A DNA stretch of 63,829 nt, filler included, from Reclinomonas americana ATCC 50394 (lineage: Eukaryota), in assembly GCA_048213135.1 (NCBI GenBank). It is 7 parts of 4 records of this genome, joined end to end, with 100 filler letters (N's around TTAATTAATTAA, not from the genome) between each part and the next. Parts side by side here need not be neighbours in the genome. Positions count along the whole stretch, not along the records: positions 1 to 16,638 come from PS015337.1; 6 more parts are not named here. One strand, 5' to 3'. Under the pieces are notes generated by a model, which saw only the letters and a list, made by a program, of their open reading frames with translations, made no database searches and was not told the DNA's origin. Each line of letters starts with the position of its first letter. Within the stretch, counting starts at the first letter, position 1. Of the stretch, positions 1 to 15,625 are shown piece after piece. A program made the translations under genes and the position numbers.

Positions 1-57
1 GTAGTACGTAGTACGTACGTACGTACGTACGTACGGTAGTAGTACGTAGTAGTAGAC

Positions 58-113
<56 letters not shown>

Positions 114-149
114 TGGGACAGAGACCACGTGACATGAGGGCGATGATGG

Positions 150-228
150 GAGTGGCGAGGAGCAAGTCGAAGGAGAGTGAGACCAGGAAGACTACGTTGT
201 CTTATTTTGCGTGAGTGACAAGCATGTA

Positions 229-267
<39 letters not shown>

Positions 268-725
268 AGGAGGGGCAGAGACCAACTGACACGAGGGCGG
301 AGAATAAGTCTGAGGGAGAATGAGATTAAGAAGACTCTTTTGCGTGAGTTCAGAGTATGTGTGAGGAGAGAGAGTGAGAGAGCGAGAGAACAAAACAGAG
401 ACCAAGAATTTGTGGGGAGGAGCAAGTCTGGAGGAGAATGAGACCGGGAACACTCTTTGCACGAGTTCAGAGAAGGTGTGAGAAGAGAGTGAGAAAGTGA
501 GAGAGCGAGGGAACATCTTACTCGTGGGCGACGGAGAAGAGTGGCGAGGAGCTAGTCGGAGGAACAATGAGACCAGGAAGACTGAGTGGTCTATTGAATG
601 GGTTCAGAGAGTGTATGTGTGTGCGGGTTAGAGAGACGAAGTGACAAGTGCTGATGTCGAGAGAAGAGTGCGGAGGAACAGCTTGGAGGAGAATGAGGCC
701 AGGAAGACTCCCTTTGAGTGAGCGC
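150..725. repeat. Five degenerate ~130-bp tandem units upstream of the first visible cullin exon (probably intronic)
   Basis: Core GTGGCGAGGAGCAAGTC..GGAGAATGAGACCAGGAAGACT recurs with mismatches near 152, 295, 412, 541 and 668. Confidence 0.7.
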
Positions 726-763
726 GCGAGAACAAGGAGCGCTGACAATCGTCTCGCGCGCAG

Positions 764-3423
764 GTTGAGCACCGGTACCAGGAGGAGCAGGGTCGCATCG
801 ACCATTACATGCATCCGTCCACACGACCAAAGTTGCTGGCCAAGCTGGATCTGCGACTGCTTACGGACCACATGACGGAGGTGCTGCGCATGCCGCACTC
901 GGGCTTGGTGGCCACTCTGGTGGCCTACAGCCGCGATCCACAAGATCGGCAATTGCGCGAGAGTTGCGTTTATCGGGAAATGCTTGTGTGCTCGAGACAG
1001 TCAGCTGACTTGCGTGTCTCGCGTGCAGACCTGCGTCGCATGTATCAGCTGTTTGTGCGCATCGACAAGCCGTCCATTCCTGCCATGTGCGAAATGTACC
1101 AGCAGCATTTGGTGGCGGAGGTATGGATCTGTATGCGCGGGTGGCTGCGTACGGAGGAGGTTGCTGACAGTCGTCGCACAGGGCACGGATCTGATCAACA
1201 CTGCCACTGGCGATGCCGAGTTCGATCGCGTGCGACTCGTGCTGGACATTTTGAACATGCATGGCAAGTATCTGAGCCTGGTGCGCGACGAGTTTGCGTC
1301 GAACGAGTCCTTCCAAAAGTCAACCTCTGTGGTGCGTGTGCGCCGCGCGCACTTTCGCACATTCGACGATAAGGACTCACTTTCTTCTTGCAGGCCTTCC
1401 AATCTTTCCTCAATCATCAAATCACGGTCGGCGAAGAGAAGTTCCTGATGGCCGACATTCTGGCGGCGTTCTCCGACGCCATGTTGCGACCAGGGCGCGA
1501 GAGGTACTTGGCCGACGGAGAAGCCGGTCTCGAAGTTGCGTGTCGTTGAACATGAGAAGGGTGGTCGTACTGGGGTGCAATGCTCACACTGTTGAGCAGG
1601 CGCTCTTCGAGGCGACGGTGCGCATCGTCAACTTTATTCACGACAAGGACTACTTCAACGAGCAATACCGAAGGATGCTGTGCGAGCGTCTGCTGGAGCG
1701 TGAAAAGATTGGCGAGGACGACGAACGTGTGTTCCTCTCGCAGCTCAAGGTACGATGTGCACGTACACACACGCGTGTGTTTCTTGGCTGACATGTTAAC
1801 ATCATTGCGCAGGCTTCATTCGGCCCGAATTACACCGCCAAGATGGAGACGATGATTGCCGATCGCAAGCTGTCGGGTGAGCAAGTGGCGGCCTTCCACG
1901 AGTACTTGCGCACGAGTAGCACGCAGCTGCCGATTGAGGGCAAGGGCTTCACCGCGCTGGTGCTGACCACTGGCTCATGGCCACACATGCCAGTGGATCA
2001 GATGGTGAGCGGCAACGTGGGAGGTTTTCTTTCGTTTTTTGGGGGTGGCGGACCATGCTGATTTACTGGCACCACAGAAACCACCGGCGGACGTCAAAGT
2101 GTGTCTCGACATGTTCAGGAGATACTACGACACCAAGACCAAGAATCGCGTGCTGCAGTGGATCAACGAGAGGTCGACCGCCACGCTGGTGAGCGCATCC
2201 ATCAAAGTCCCCTTTTTTGTCAGGCTCTGTATCTCATCATTGTTGATTCTTTGCAGATTGGCTACTTTACCGGCTGCGGCGAGGGCAAGAAGGGCGCACG
2301 CGAGCTGACAATGACCGCACATCAAGCGACCATTTGCCTCACGTTCAACGAGGCTGCACAGTGGACAGTCGGCGAGCTGATTGAGATGACAGGGTGAGCG
2401 GAGGGGGGAAGGGAAAGGGGAAGGGCGAGGAAAAGGGAAGGGAAGGCGACGGGAGCGGAAGAGAAGGAGAGGGCGAATGGGGTGGAAGAGGGCGAGCTGA
2501 TTGAGATGACTGGGTGACGAAGGGAAACGAGGGAAGGGTGAAAGCAGGGAAGGCGGGTGAGGGAGAGGGCGAGCTGATTGAGATGACTGAGTGAGGGGGG
2601 AACGTGGGAAGGGTGAGGGAAGGGGACGAGGAAGGGAGAGGAAAGGAGAGGCAATAGGGAGGCAATGGACGAGAATAAGAGGGAGGCGCTGGAAAAAAAG
2701 AGAGGGCAACTGTGCAGAGAAGGTGACTGCGGAGAGAAGGAGAGGGTGAGCTGATTGAGATGACTGGGTGGGGGGCTGGGGAAAAGGAGGTCACGCAGGA
2801 TGGAATGGTGGAGAGGAGCAGGAAGTAACGGAGACAGCATCGAGAGCGTAATAGAACTGATCAGTGCAGAGTGGGCTCAAGCTGCAGCAAGACATCGCCA
2901 TTCATGCTCACCTTCTCTCTCATTACACAGCATCACGCTGGAGGAGATGCGCCGACCACTGCTGGGACTGGTCGCCGGCAAGTACCCGGTGCTGGTGTGC
3001 ATCAACGACCCCAAGGTCAAGAAACTGTCGCCGTCCGACGTCATCGGCTTCAACGACGAGTTCAAGCTGCAGAAGCGCAAGCTCGCCGTGCCTCTACCGA
3101 AGCTGAAGCTGAGCAAGGGCACCGTCTCGGAGGAGACCGACAGCGCACGCCGGTACCAGATCGAGGCCGCCGTTGTGCGCGTGATGAAGGCACGCCGCAC
3201 TCTGCCGCATCAGGCACTCATCGCCGAGGTGATGAACCAGATGAAACTGTTCAAGCCCGATCCACGCGTCATCAAGACGCGCGTTCAGGACCTCATTCTG
3301 CGCGGTGCGTCTTTGCCTTCTTCTTCTTCTTCTACCTGCAGACTACGCTCGCTCATCGTCTCACACACAGAATTCCTTCGCCGCGACGAGACCGACAGCG
3401 GACTATACCACTACATCGCGTAA
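764..3423 (+). CDS. Cullin (CUL1-like), 5'-partial, 10 visible exons
   Basis: Spliced translation gives FIHDKDYFNEQYRRMLCERLL, KMETMIAD, VLTTGSWP and the C-terminal neddylation domain IEAAVVRVMKARR..YHYIA*; nine GT-AG introns restore the frame. Confidence 0.93.
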
Positions 3424-3537
3424 TCCGCGTGGCTGGAGACCGTCAGCAGCTGCTCTTGCTCTTCGATTCCAAATGAACTTCTAACACTGCTGCTGTATGT
3501 CCGAGCACTGTGTCCTCTCAATCATCTCAACGAAAGA

Positions 3538-4946
3538 ATGTTGCGCGCGGCCTCCTCCTCGGCCTCCTCTGCCTCCTCGACACTGCGTCTGGCACTGTGT
3601 CAGCTCTCAGTGGGGGCCGACAAGAGCGCCAATCTGCATCGCGCTGCACAGCTTGTGCGGCAGGCAGTGAGTGCACACAGTGCAGAGTTGGTGGTGCTTC
3701 CCGAGTGTTTCAACTCGCCCTACGGAGGCCAGTACTTTGCCGAGTATGCGGAGGTGTTGACTGAGGAGTCGAGTGCGACGGTGAAGTGCATGTCAGAGGT
3801 GGCAAAGGAGTTGTCTGTCACGTTGGTGGCAGGTGCGGGAAAAAAGGGAGAGAGGGAGGGAGGGAGGGAGAGAAGGGGGGAGGGAGGGAGAGAGGGAGAG
3901 AGAGGGAAGGAGACGACAGGCAGGGAGAGGGAGGGTGAGAGGGAGAAAGGGAGAGAGGGAGAGAAGGGGCGAAAGAAGGAACTCTGATCTCTCTTTCGCT
4001 CTGCTCCTCCCCTCGCCCTCCCCATCTCTGTCTGCCGCTCCGTCTCCCTCTCTCTCTCTCTCTCTCCCTCTCTCCCTCTCTCTTTCTCCGTCTGATCGAA
4101 GAAAGAGAAGGAAGATCTATCGAAGATCTATTCTCACTTCCCTTTCCCCCTCTCTGTCTCTCTCCTCTTTGCAGGATCTGTGCCTGAGCGCGACCCCTCC
4201 AACGGATCTCTCTACAACACCTCACTGGTGTTCTCCGCTTCTGGGGAGCTCATCGCCAAGCACCGCAAGATGCACCTCTTTGATATCAACGTGCCGGGGA
4301 AGATCTCGTTTTTCGAGTCGCATACGCTGAGCGCTGGCCAGCAGTTCACTGTGTTTGATACTCGTTGCGTCGCTCACTCGTCCTCTCCCCCTCCTTCATG
4401 ATTGACTGTGAAGATGCAGCCAAGTGCAAGGTCGGCCTCGGGATTTGCTTCGATATTCGTTTCCCGGAGATGGCCGCCTACTATCAGGAGCAAGGCTGCT
4501 CGCTGCTGCTGTACCCGGGCGCGTTCAACATGGTGAGTTGCTACTGTTGATCCTGCAACTGCGTGTCTCGGTTTTTCATGCCTCTTCACAGACAACTGGC
4601 CCCGTGCACTGGGAACTGCTGGCGCGCGCTCGAGCAGTGGACAACCAGCTGTTCGTGGCACTGTGCTCACCCGCGCGCGACACCAAGGCCACGTATGTGG
4701 CGTGGGGCCACTCGATGGTGTGCGATCCGTGGGGCACAGTGCTGGCCACGTGCGACGACGAGGAGGCCATTGTGTTTGCAGAACTTGGTGAGTGGTGACC
4801 GTCGTGTGTGCTCTTCTGAATACTCGCTGATGCGGCGCGCAGAGCTCGACAAGGTAGCGTCGACGCGAGCGCAACTTCCTTCGCTCAGCGGCAAGCGGAG
4901 AGACCTGTACGAAATCGTGTACAAGAAGACCGGCGGCGATGAATGA
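3538..4946 (+). CDS. NIT2: Omega-amidase, nitrilase superfamily, 5 exons
   Basis: Catalytic triad motifs [29 protein letters not shown]; also [24 protein letters not shown] and WGHS...DPWG. Confidence 0.92.
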
Positions 4947-5204
4947 ATGAATGGTTGATTGCACGCTCAAAATTCGCATTCACTTGCGTGTCGAGCATTG
5001 AAGAGAGAACGAAAAAGTTTAAAAAGAGAGACTCTCGAGTCGCTGCTGCGTAAAAAACGAGTCGCCACACCGATCGAGAGAGGAAAAAACACACGACGGC
5101 ATCAGCGGTCAAAGACGAGCATCAGCCACACGAACACAACACGCATGACGAGACTGCGACTTCACACCGCCAACGTCATCCCTCACCACACACGCAGGTG
5201 CGGC

Positions 5205-8200
5205 TTAGTTAGTGATGGCGCCAGCGTCGCCAGCGTAGACTGCGCGATGATGGGATAATGAGTGACAAGAGGTTGGGCCCAAAAAAGTGGTATATGGAGG
5301 CACTCACCGGACGACTCAATGCCGCACTCGTTGTCACCGCGGGCAATGAGGAAGTAGCCCTGAGGAGAGAAGGAGAGAGCAAAGGTGAGCAAAACAAAAC
5401 ACTTTTGCAGACATATATGGCGACACAATGAAGGTACCTTCTCGCCCCAGCTGGTGCCCCAGCTGTTTAATGTGCAGCAAGAGGAGAAGCAGAGTGAGAA
5501 TGCAAGATGAACAACATGGTGTGAATAAACACGCACCTGTTGGCGACAATCCAGTACTGCTGGGCGCCCTGCGCACCCCAGCCCAGGATCTTGACGGCGT
5601 GGCCGCCCAACAGCTGACCGCTGTGATAAGATTGAAAGAATGAGTGGTGAGACAACGATGCCACATGATACAATGAATCATGAAAGAAATACTCAACCTC
5701 TTGTGCTGGTAGACGCCACTGGTGTAGCTCATGAAGTCCTGGTAGACGTTGAAAGCAGCCTCCACGGGGCCACCAGTCTGGATCATGGCTGGCGAGAAGA
5801 AGGAACGGAGTGAGCACGGAGGCATTACGGGGAGAGAAGAAACAAGGTCTCGAAACTGTAGATGGTGTTGATGTCGCTGGCCATGTGCACATTGGCAGCA
5901 TGGTAGTGGCGGCAGTCGGCCGACGGCGTCGGCTCAGTGCAGGTGCCGCTGTCGCCGCCACCGCTCGAGTACTGGTAGCAGCTGTCGGGCACCACACCTA
6001 TGTAGGGAAAAGGGGGGTGAGCGCGAGGGAGGGAAAGGGGAGAAGGGAAAGGGGAGAAGGGGAGAAGGGAAAGGGGAGAAGGGAAAGGGGAGGGAGAGAA
6101 CAGGGAGAAGGGAAAGGGAAGGGAATGGGAAGGGAACTGACGTAGTGAATGGAGGGAAAGTGGAGAAGAACTGTAGTAGTCAAGGCACACGGCAGGAGAA
6201 AATGCAAATCAGAAACGCGCAGCTGTAGAAGAACAATACACGGGAGGCCAAGGTCAAAAAGCGCAGATGTGATGGTTGCGAAGCAACAAGATTTAGAGGG
6301 AGTAAAGACTGGCACACTATGATCTCTCTGAGAACTCACCGTGAGACGCCATGAAGTCCCAGGCCTTGTTGAGGTAGCCACCCTGGCAGCCACTGCAAAA
6401 ATGAGAGAAAAGGGTCAGCAAACAATGGACGACGCAAAAGAGGACGACAGCATTGCGTGCGCAACTAGTTGTCCGAGTCGCACGAGACGAGCTCTGTGGG
6501 GCAAAAGACGTGTGAGAGGAAATTCGCTGTGCAACACACAACTCTTCAGTTCCACGCACCCTGCGGGGACAGGATGACATTGACGCCCTTCTGGATGCAG
6601 AAGCGGTCCGACAGAGCCTGCACAGCCACATTGGCGAGTGAGAAACGCCTGAGATGCACAAAAATGCAATGAGAGCACAACACGCACCTCAGTGGCACCG
6701 AACGCCCAGCTGCAGACAGCAAAACAAGCGAATGAGGGGAAAGAGTGCAAGGGGGGATTATCAGTGCGCATGGCTACTCACCAAGAGCCGCACTGCTCCT
6801 GGTTGCGGATCTCGTGCACGCAGCTCGGCTTCTCCTGGCGCCAGTCGAACGACGCAGCGGCGCCGTTGGCCAAGTGCAGCGAGACGGGGGTGGCAGTCTC
6901 CTCGCTCAGCGGCGTGCGCTTCGTGCCCAGCAAGCGGCGCACGTCACTGTGGCATACAAAGTGAGAAGAAGGGGGGAGAAGGGAGAAGGGAAAGGAGAAG
7001 GGAAAGGGGAAGGGAAAGGGGAAGGGAAAGGGGAAGGGAAAGGGGAAGGGAAAGGGGAAGGGAAAGGGAGGGGAAGGGGAGAAGGGGAAGGAGGGAGGGG
7101 GAGGGGAAGGGAGGGGAAGGAGAAAGGGAGAGACGAGGTGGGAGGAGACGAATAAGGGAGATGGAGGAGTAGGAAAAGGTAAGGTGAAGTGAGGAGAGAG
7201 GGAGGGAGACCGGGAGAGGCAGGGAGACCGGGGGAGGCGGAAAAACAGGCGAGAAAGGGAGATAAGTGAGAAGGAGGGTGTGACACAAGAGATGGGAAGA
7301 GAGTAAAGTTAAGTGGAAACGGAAGTAGTGAGAGTGCACACCCGCACACAGAACAAGAGCGTGTAAATGAGAGATACAGAGAGGAGCGTTCACGTGCACA
7401 CAGAAGGGGAGAAGCAGATATATGAGAGCTCGAAACAAGTGACTCACCCGACAGTCATGCCCTCAAAGCGCGGGTTGCGGCCGGCCTTCCACGAGTGGCC
7501 ACCAGCGTTGTGAGCGGCGATCATGTCGTCGTTGAGCACCATGTCGTCGTCGAAGAGGGTCTCCTCTCCCACGCTCTTGGGCGCCACATCAAAGTCTGCG
7601 AGCACGAGAAACAATTGAACCAACCGGAAAAAACAAACAGAGAAACACCGTAAAGGACTCACTGATGCAGAAGATCTCCTTGCCGGTCTGATCCTGTCCC
7701 TTGATCTCGCCAGTGTAGCGGCCAGTGGGGATGGCACCGGGGAACTTGACGGTCAGAGTGCGCGACACCGGGCCCTGAGGAATCGGGCACTTGATGATCG
7801 ACCCAAAGTCCGTGCACATGTCAAACGTGTGGCTGTACAGCGCTGCAACACCAAACACAAAAGGTCAGTCAGTGCGTGTGGACGGGGGGAGAGGGAGGCA
7901 AAGGGAAGGGGAGGCAAGGGGGAAGGAAGAGTGTATGAGTGAGTGTGAGAGAGAGAGAGAGTGATGAGAGAGGGAGGAGATGAGCCTGATGCGCAGAGAG
8001 GACAGGAGGGGAGACAGAGAGGGATGCGAACGATACAGCAGAGGATAACGGTGAGGTTAAGGCATTGACAGTGTGTGGGAGGTGCGTGAGAGAGAGGAGG
8101 AAGGAGAATAGCCTGGCAGGTCAGACAGAGAGGGATGCAGATGATCAAGCAGATGAGAACGGTGAGGTGAAGGCAGTGACAGTGTGTGGGTGTGTGTGTG

Positions 8201-8821
8201 AAGTGTGTAAGAGTGAGAGAGAGACGAGGAAGCAGGCAGAAGAGCATGCAGGCAAAGTGGACCGGAAGAGAGACAGAGATGCAAATGATCAAGCAGATGA
8301 GAACGGTGAGGTTAAGGCAGTGACAGTGTGTGTGAGGAAGAGAGACGAAACGGACGCCGAGGTACTTGACGCTGAGCTCGATCTTGCCACCGGGAATGCT
8401 CTAGTACACAATAAACCACGAGTAAACACCATGTAGATCATGATGAAAAGCACATATAATCAGAGAAACCAACCGTGTTAGCAGTGCCCTGAATGGAGAC
8501 CGTGAAGTTGGCACTGGTGAACAAGAGAGAGGAAGGAAAAATCAGACAAGAAAAAAGGGCGAGTCGCACATGAGCTCAAACAACAATAAAGACGTACCCG
8601 CGCACAGGCGGGTCGGGGGTGTAGACGACACCATTGGAGGGAATGGTGATGTCATCAGAGGCAGAGCCACACTGTGAGAACATTTTTTTGTGTGTGAGTG
8701 AAAAGTGGGGGTCAATGTCGCGCGCATATGCAACAAACAAACACGCAACGTTGTTCCATGAGGCCGAGGCCACGCAGGCCAGGGCGAGGAGCGTCACCAA
8801 CAGCAGAATCGATGCGCGCAT
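5205..8821 (-). CDS. Signal peptide + ML (MD-2/NPC2-like) domain fused to a cathepsin B-like protease, 17 exons
   Basis: MRASILLLVTLLALAC signal; ML-like WNNCG..YTPDPPVRG..FDMC..KCPI..P.GRY..EIFCINF; protease motifs QEQCGSCWAFG, SDRFCI, GCQGG, GGHAVKILGWG, YWIVANSWG, CGIES; all 16 GT-AG introns are phase-compatible. Confidence 0.9.
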
Positions 8822-9252
8822 GTCTCTGTGTGAGTGTGTGAGTGTGTGTGAGAAAATGTCGCAAAACTGTGAGAACGCGAAAAACACGTATTGTGTGTCT
8901 GTGTGTGTGTGTGTGAGAGAGAAGAAGACACGTGTGCATGTGCGCTTGCATGGAGAGAGAATGTGCGGAAAAACTGAGAAGACACGACGCGTGACCATGG
9001 CTCCCGCGACAAACCTTGATTGTGAATGAATGTTCGGATCGATGGATTTGTGGTTTTTCCGAATGATGGTTTTTTGGGTGTGTGTGTTTGGCATGTGCGG
9101 GAGATGGGCGGGTGGATCGAGCTGCCTGCGATGTGGATGGTGGAATTGCTCAAGGGAATTCGGAAAACTAATGCAATATCGATATCGCAGCGTTCGAATT
9201 CTCTCGATGTTTGCAGCTCCTCAGGCAGCGGCTTGACAATGATGCCAATAAC

Positions 9253-9671
9253 AACAGCAACACAGCTGCATGGTGATCGCCGTCTTGAGTGAGCACCAGA
9301 AACTCAGACACCACGAAAAATCGAGAAAAAGTCAAAATGGCTAATCATGCTTCCGTTTCATGCAAGAAAGAGAGCCAAAGCGAGGATCGCAGACAACGCT
9401 ATGCATCTCACGCAAGTGCGTCAAATCCACTGGTCAACCACGCTTATGCGGTGAAGATCGCAGTTCTCCAGTTGTTCGGAGCTCCGGATCCGAGAGCGAA
9501 CACACACACAAGAACCTCCTGCTGCCTAAAGATTGGTGTCGTCATGAGCCGTGGTTTCTCTTGCAGAAACGCCAGCATTAGCCATCTCGACTTTTTCTCG
9601 CTTTTTTTCGTGATGTCTGAGTTTCTGGTGCTCACTCGAGATGGTGATCATCATGCAGCTGTGTTGCTGTT
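9253..9671. mobile_element. MITE-like / foldback element with ~120-bp imperfect inverted arms
   Basis: 9253-~9370 is the reverse complement of ~9553-9671 (AACAGCAACACAGCTGCATG.TGATC.CC.TCT.GAGTGAGCACCAGAAACTCAGACA); no clear TSD seen. Confidence 0.65.
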
Positions 9672-10078
9672 TGGATTAGTAAAGTTGTTGTTGTGTTGAG
9701 TCTTGATGTTTTGGATACATGGTTGAACTTAGTCAACAAGAGCTGTTGTTTGTTTGTTGGTGAATGAATTGTTGCACCAGAAACTGAGGACACCCAGAAA
9801 CGCTCGAATTCTGAAGCGTTTCTGCTTCTCGTTCCGCAGGCACTGTGCACACCAACAATCGTCGATCTAAACGACAACAGCAAGCGATCTGTGTCGTCAC
9901 TCCCACCACTAGCCTTGTCATCAAAGTCACCGCTGCGGATCCACTCTCCACCACCACCGTAAACATCATTCACATTCGTTTACACCTCCCGCCAACGAGG
10001 TGAGCCTTTTTTTCTTTTCGCTATACAAGAACAGGAATAACAGCTTGATATCTAACAATAAGATTGACACTACCATCG

Positions 10079-12532
<2,454 letters not shown>

Positions 12533-12618
12533 TCTGTTTAACGGTTTTTGTGTCCGCTTTCTTGCAATTGCTCTCCCGCGCAGCGTTCTTTTTTTCAACA
12601 TGATCTGTACATTATCGA

Positions 12619-15367
12619 TCATATGACGACAAACAGCAGGAGCTGCACGCCGGTGGCCACGGAGACGACAAACAGCGCTTTCAGGACCTTCTTGACGCGC
12701 TTCCACATGGTCATGATGCGGAAGGCGACCATGGTGACCTCGGTGAGCAGCGTGGCGCCGAGCACCGCCACCATGACCCAAAAGAGCGCCGGTCGTGACT
12801 CGGCCAGCGGCTGCGGCCACCAGTAGAGCGACAGCGCGGCGCCGGCCGTGTGGATGCCTAATGAGAGCACCGAGAGCACGGCCGGCGCGAAGCGGTAGTA
12901 GCACTTGTAGTGCGTCAGCGAGTGGTGCAGCACAAAGACGGCCTCGCCAAAGGCTAATTGCGCGTGCCGCTCGCGGTAGCGTAGCTTGCGGTCGAGCAGG
13001 AAGATGGCCATGTAGTTGAGGATGAGCTCGCAGCCGAGCGACGCAAACACCCACGCGCCCACGGCCGCCGTCCACGCGGCCGCAATGAGCACGCGCATGC
13101 AGTGGTTGGAGAAGAGCGACAAAAACACCACACACGACTGCCATAGCTGCATGTCGCCCTTGCGCAGGTAGAAGAGCGACCACGAGGCGGAGACGGTCGA
13201 CAGCAGCACCGACGTCACAAAGAGCGAGTCGTCAAAGCGATTCGTCACCATGATGACGTACGCCTGCAGCAGCGACATTGGGAGCGACAGGCAGAACGAG
13301 TGCATGACCTTGAAGTAGGTGAGCGCCGGCAGGTGCTCCACTTTCTCCAGCGGGCGCTTCCCGAGGACCTGTAGAAGGGGGAAGAGAGAGGGAAAGGGAT
13401 GAGAAATGATGAGAAGGCGAGAGAAAAAGCTAAATCTCTTCGACTAAAGAGGGACGCAGAAAGAGCGTTCGTTCCGACGCAGCGTCGTAGAAAGCGCAAC
13501 GTAGCAGACGCGTGAATGCTCGTTCTCTTCGGATATGAACACGAGAGCACACAATGAAACAAAACCAGCACCAGTCCTGCTATTCTAGAATCTCATTCTC
13601 CGGCTTCTCTTGGTTGCCCTCCCTCACTGTAACCCACAATAATCACGCACAAGCACTGCTCCTCTCTTTTCTCTCTTCCCTATCCCTCGCCCTTTTGCCC
13701 TCTCGCTCTCCCCCCTTTCGTTCTCCCCCTCTCTCGCTATCCTCTTGCTCTCCCTTCTCGCTCTCCCCTTCCCTCAACTCTCTTCTCTATTCCTCGCCCT
13801 TTCTCCCCCTCTCTCTCTCTCTTTGTGTGTGTGTGTGTCGCTCTCTCCACCATTGCGTGATATCTCCACTCGCAACAACTGTGCCCCGCTCTCTGTGCGT
13901 GGGAAAAGACAACAGCGCCTCACAAACCCACATTAATCACGCACAACCACTGCTCCTCTCTCATCTGTCCCTCCCCCTTCCTCCTCTCATATCTCTCTTC
14001 TCTATCCCTCACTCTCGTCCTCTCGCTCTCTCTCTTCTCTATCCCTCGCTCTCGTCCTCTCGCTCTCTCCCCTCTCGTTCTCCCCCTCTTGCTCTTCCCG
14101 TCTCGCTCTCTCCCTCTCGCTCTCCTCTTTTTTCTCTCTCTCCACTATCCCTCGCCTTCTCTCCCTCTGTGTGTGTGTGTGTGCGTGTCGCTCTGTTCAC
14201 CATTGCGTGTATCTGCACTCGTAACAACTGTGCCCCGCTCTCTGTGCGTGGGAAAAGACAACAGCGTCTCACTAACCCACATTAATCATGCACAACCACT
14301 GCTCCTCTTTCATCTGTCCCTTCCCCCTTCCTCCTCTCATATCTCTCTTCTCTATCCCTCGCCCTTCCCTCTCGCATTCCCCGACTCGCTCTCGCCCTCT
14401 TGCTCTCCCCTCTCGCTCTTCCCTTCTCGCTCTACCCTCTCGTTCTCCCCCTCTCGCTCCCCCCTCTCTCTCCCTAACAATCCCTTCCCTTTGCACTCTC
14501 CCTTCCCCTGCCTGCCCTTCCCTTCCCCTATTATCGTAGCCCACCTTCTTCCACCTCGCGCCATGCACCACCACCGCCTTGACGCACTGCCGCGGAATCT
14601 CCAGGTGCACCAGGCACGCCAGAATCATCAGCACCTTGTGCACGCCGTCGCTGTCGCCACGCGGCACCGTCTTCAACGCGGCGGCGATGCCCGAGAGAAT
14701 CACAAAGAAGAGACCAATAGCAAAGTAGACGCGCGACGAGCCGCCGTCCATGTACAGGGTCGCCAGCACCATGAGGTCGGTGATCAGGTCGGCCAGGTAC
14801 AGCGCAAAGATGAAGGAGACGAAGATGAGGCCGGCGGGCGAGAAGCGGTTGTTGCACGTCATCTTGTCGCGAAAGTTGGTCGGCTTGCCGGCCATTTGCG
14901 GAATCGACAGGCCGCCAATGGTGGTCGAGGCCATGGCGAATTTCTTGGCCTTGGCCGCCACCCGCTGCACCGACATGCTGGAGGTGACACGCGCACGCGC
15001 CTGCTGCCCGCCGACCATGTCCACGTCGTGCACCTGCGAATCACATCGCTGCTCCTCCATAATCACCACCTCGCCCGTCGTCGACTGCAGCACCGTCGCC
15101 GTTTTTGTCGCCGAATTCGGGGCCACCGCCGACTCGGCCGTCTCGTCACACGGACCCAACTCCATGTCGCCATCATCGTCGTCCCACTCGTCGGCCAGCG
15201 ACGATGTGTTCTTCGATGATGAAGCTGTGGCCGTCGACTTGGACTTGATCGCCTTCCCCGTGGAGGAAGGCGTTCCCGGTGCCGACACTGCCACCATTAC
15301 CGACTGCGAGCATACGGTAAAGGATGAGTGATGGTCGCAAAAAAATTGATCACGCTCTTCATCTGTA

Positions 15368-15401
<34 letters not shown>

Positions 15402-15625
15402 TAACCGCAACGGATTCATCGTTGCCACCATCTCCTTCTCGTGCCACGCCGCCAGGTGCGCGCTGTGCGGCTGTCCCACCGGGTGCACTAGCACCGTGGC
15501 CAGCGACGAAGATCCCACAGAGGACATGGTCGACGCGGTGTCACCCTGGTACTGGTGGAGCGGTTGTGGTGGGGGTGGGACCTCGTCTTCCTCCTCCGTG
15601 CCCACGTCGGTTTCCAACGGTAATC
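12619..15625 (-). CDS. XK-related multi-pass membrane protein; start uncertain
   Basis: LYLADLITDLMVLATLY, LTYFKVMHSFCLSLPMSLLQAY and several hydrophobic helices after a low-complexity polyQ N-terminus; long intron ~13370-14540. Confidence 0.62.
13630..14400. repeat. Three ~300-350-bp tandem units inside the XK-like intron
   Basis: AACCCACA(A/T)TAATCA(C/T)GCACAA.CACTGCTCCTCT at ~13631, ~13925 and ~14274; ACAACTGTGCCCCGCTCTCTGTGCGTGGGAAAAGACAACAGCG at ~13875 and ~14224. Confidence 0.85.

Noticed and set aside
1..62. GTAC/TACG-rich tracts (also ~24240, ~30592, ~62021-62103) as possible telomeric or functional repeats
   Set aside because: Irregular, follow (GA)n runs, mostly at contig ends; consistent with low-quality pyrosequencing read tails
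150..725. Regularly spaced repeats as a CRISPR-like array (also 2371-2770)
   Set aside because: Degenerate units, low-complexity or mutually related spacers, eukaryotic intronic context, no cas genes
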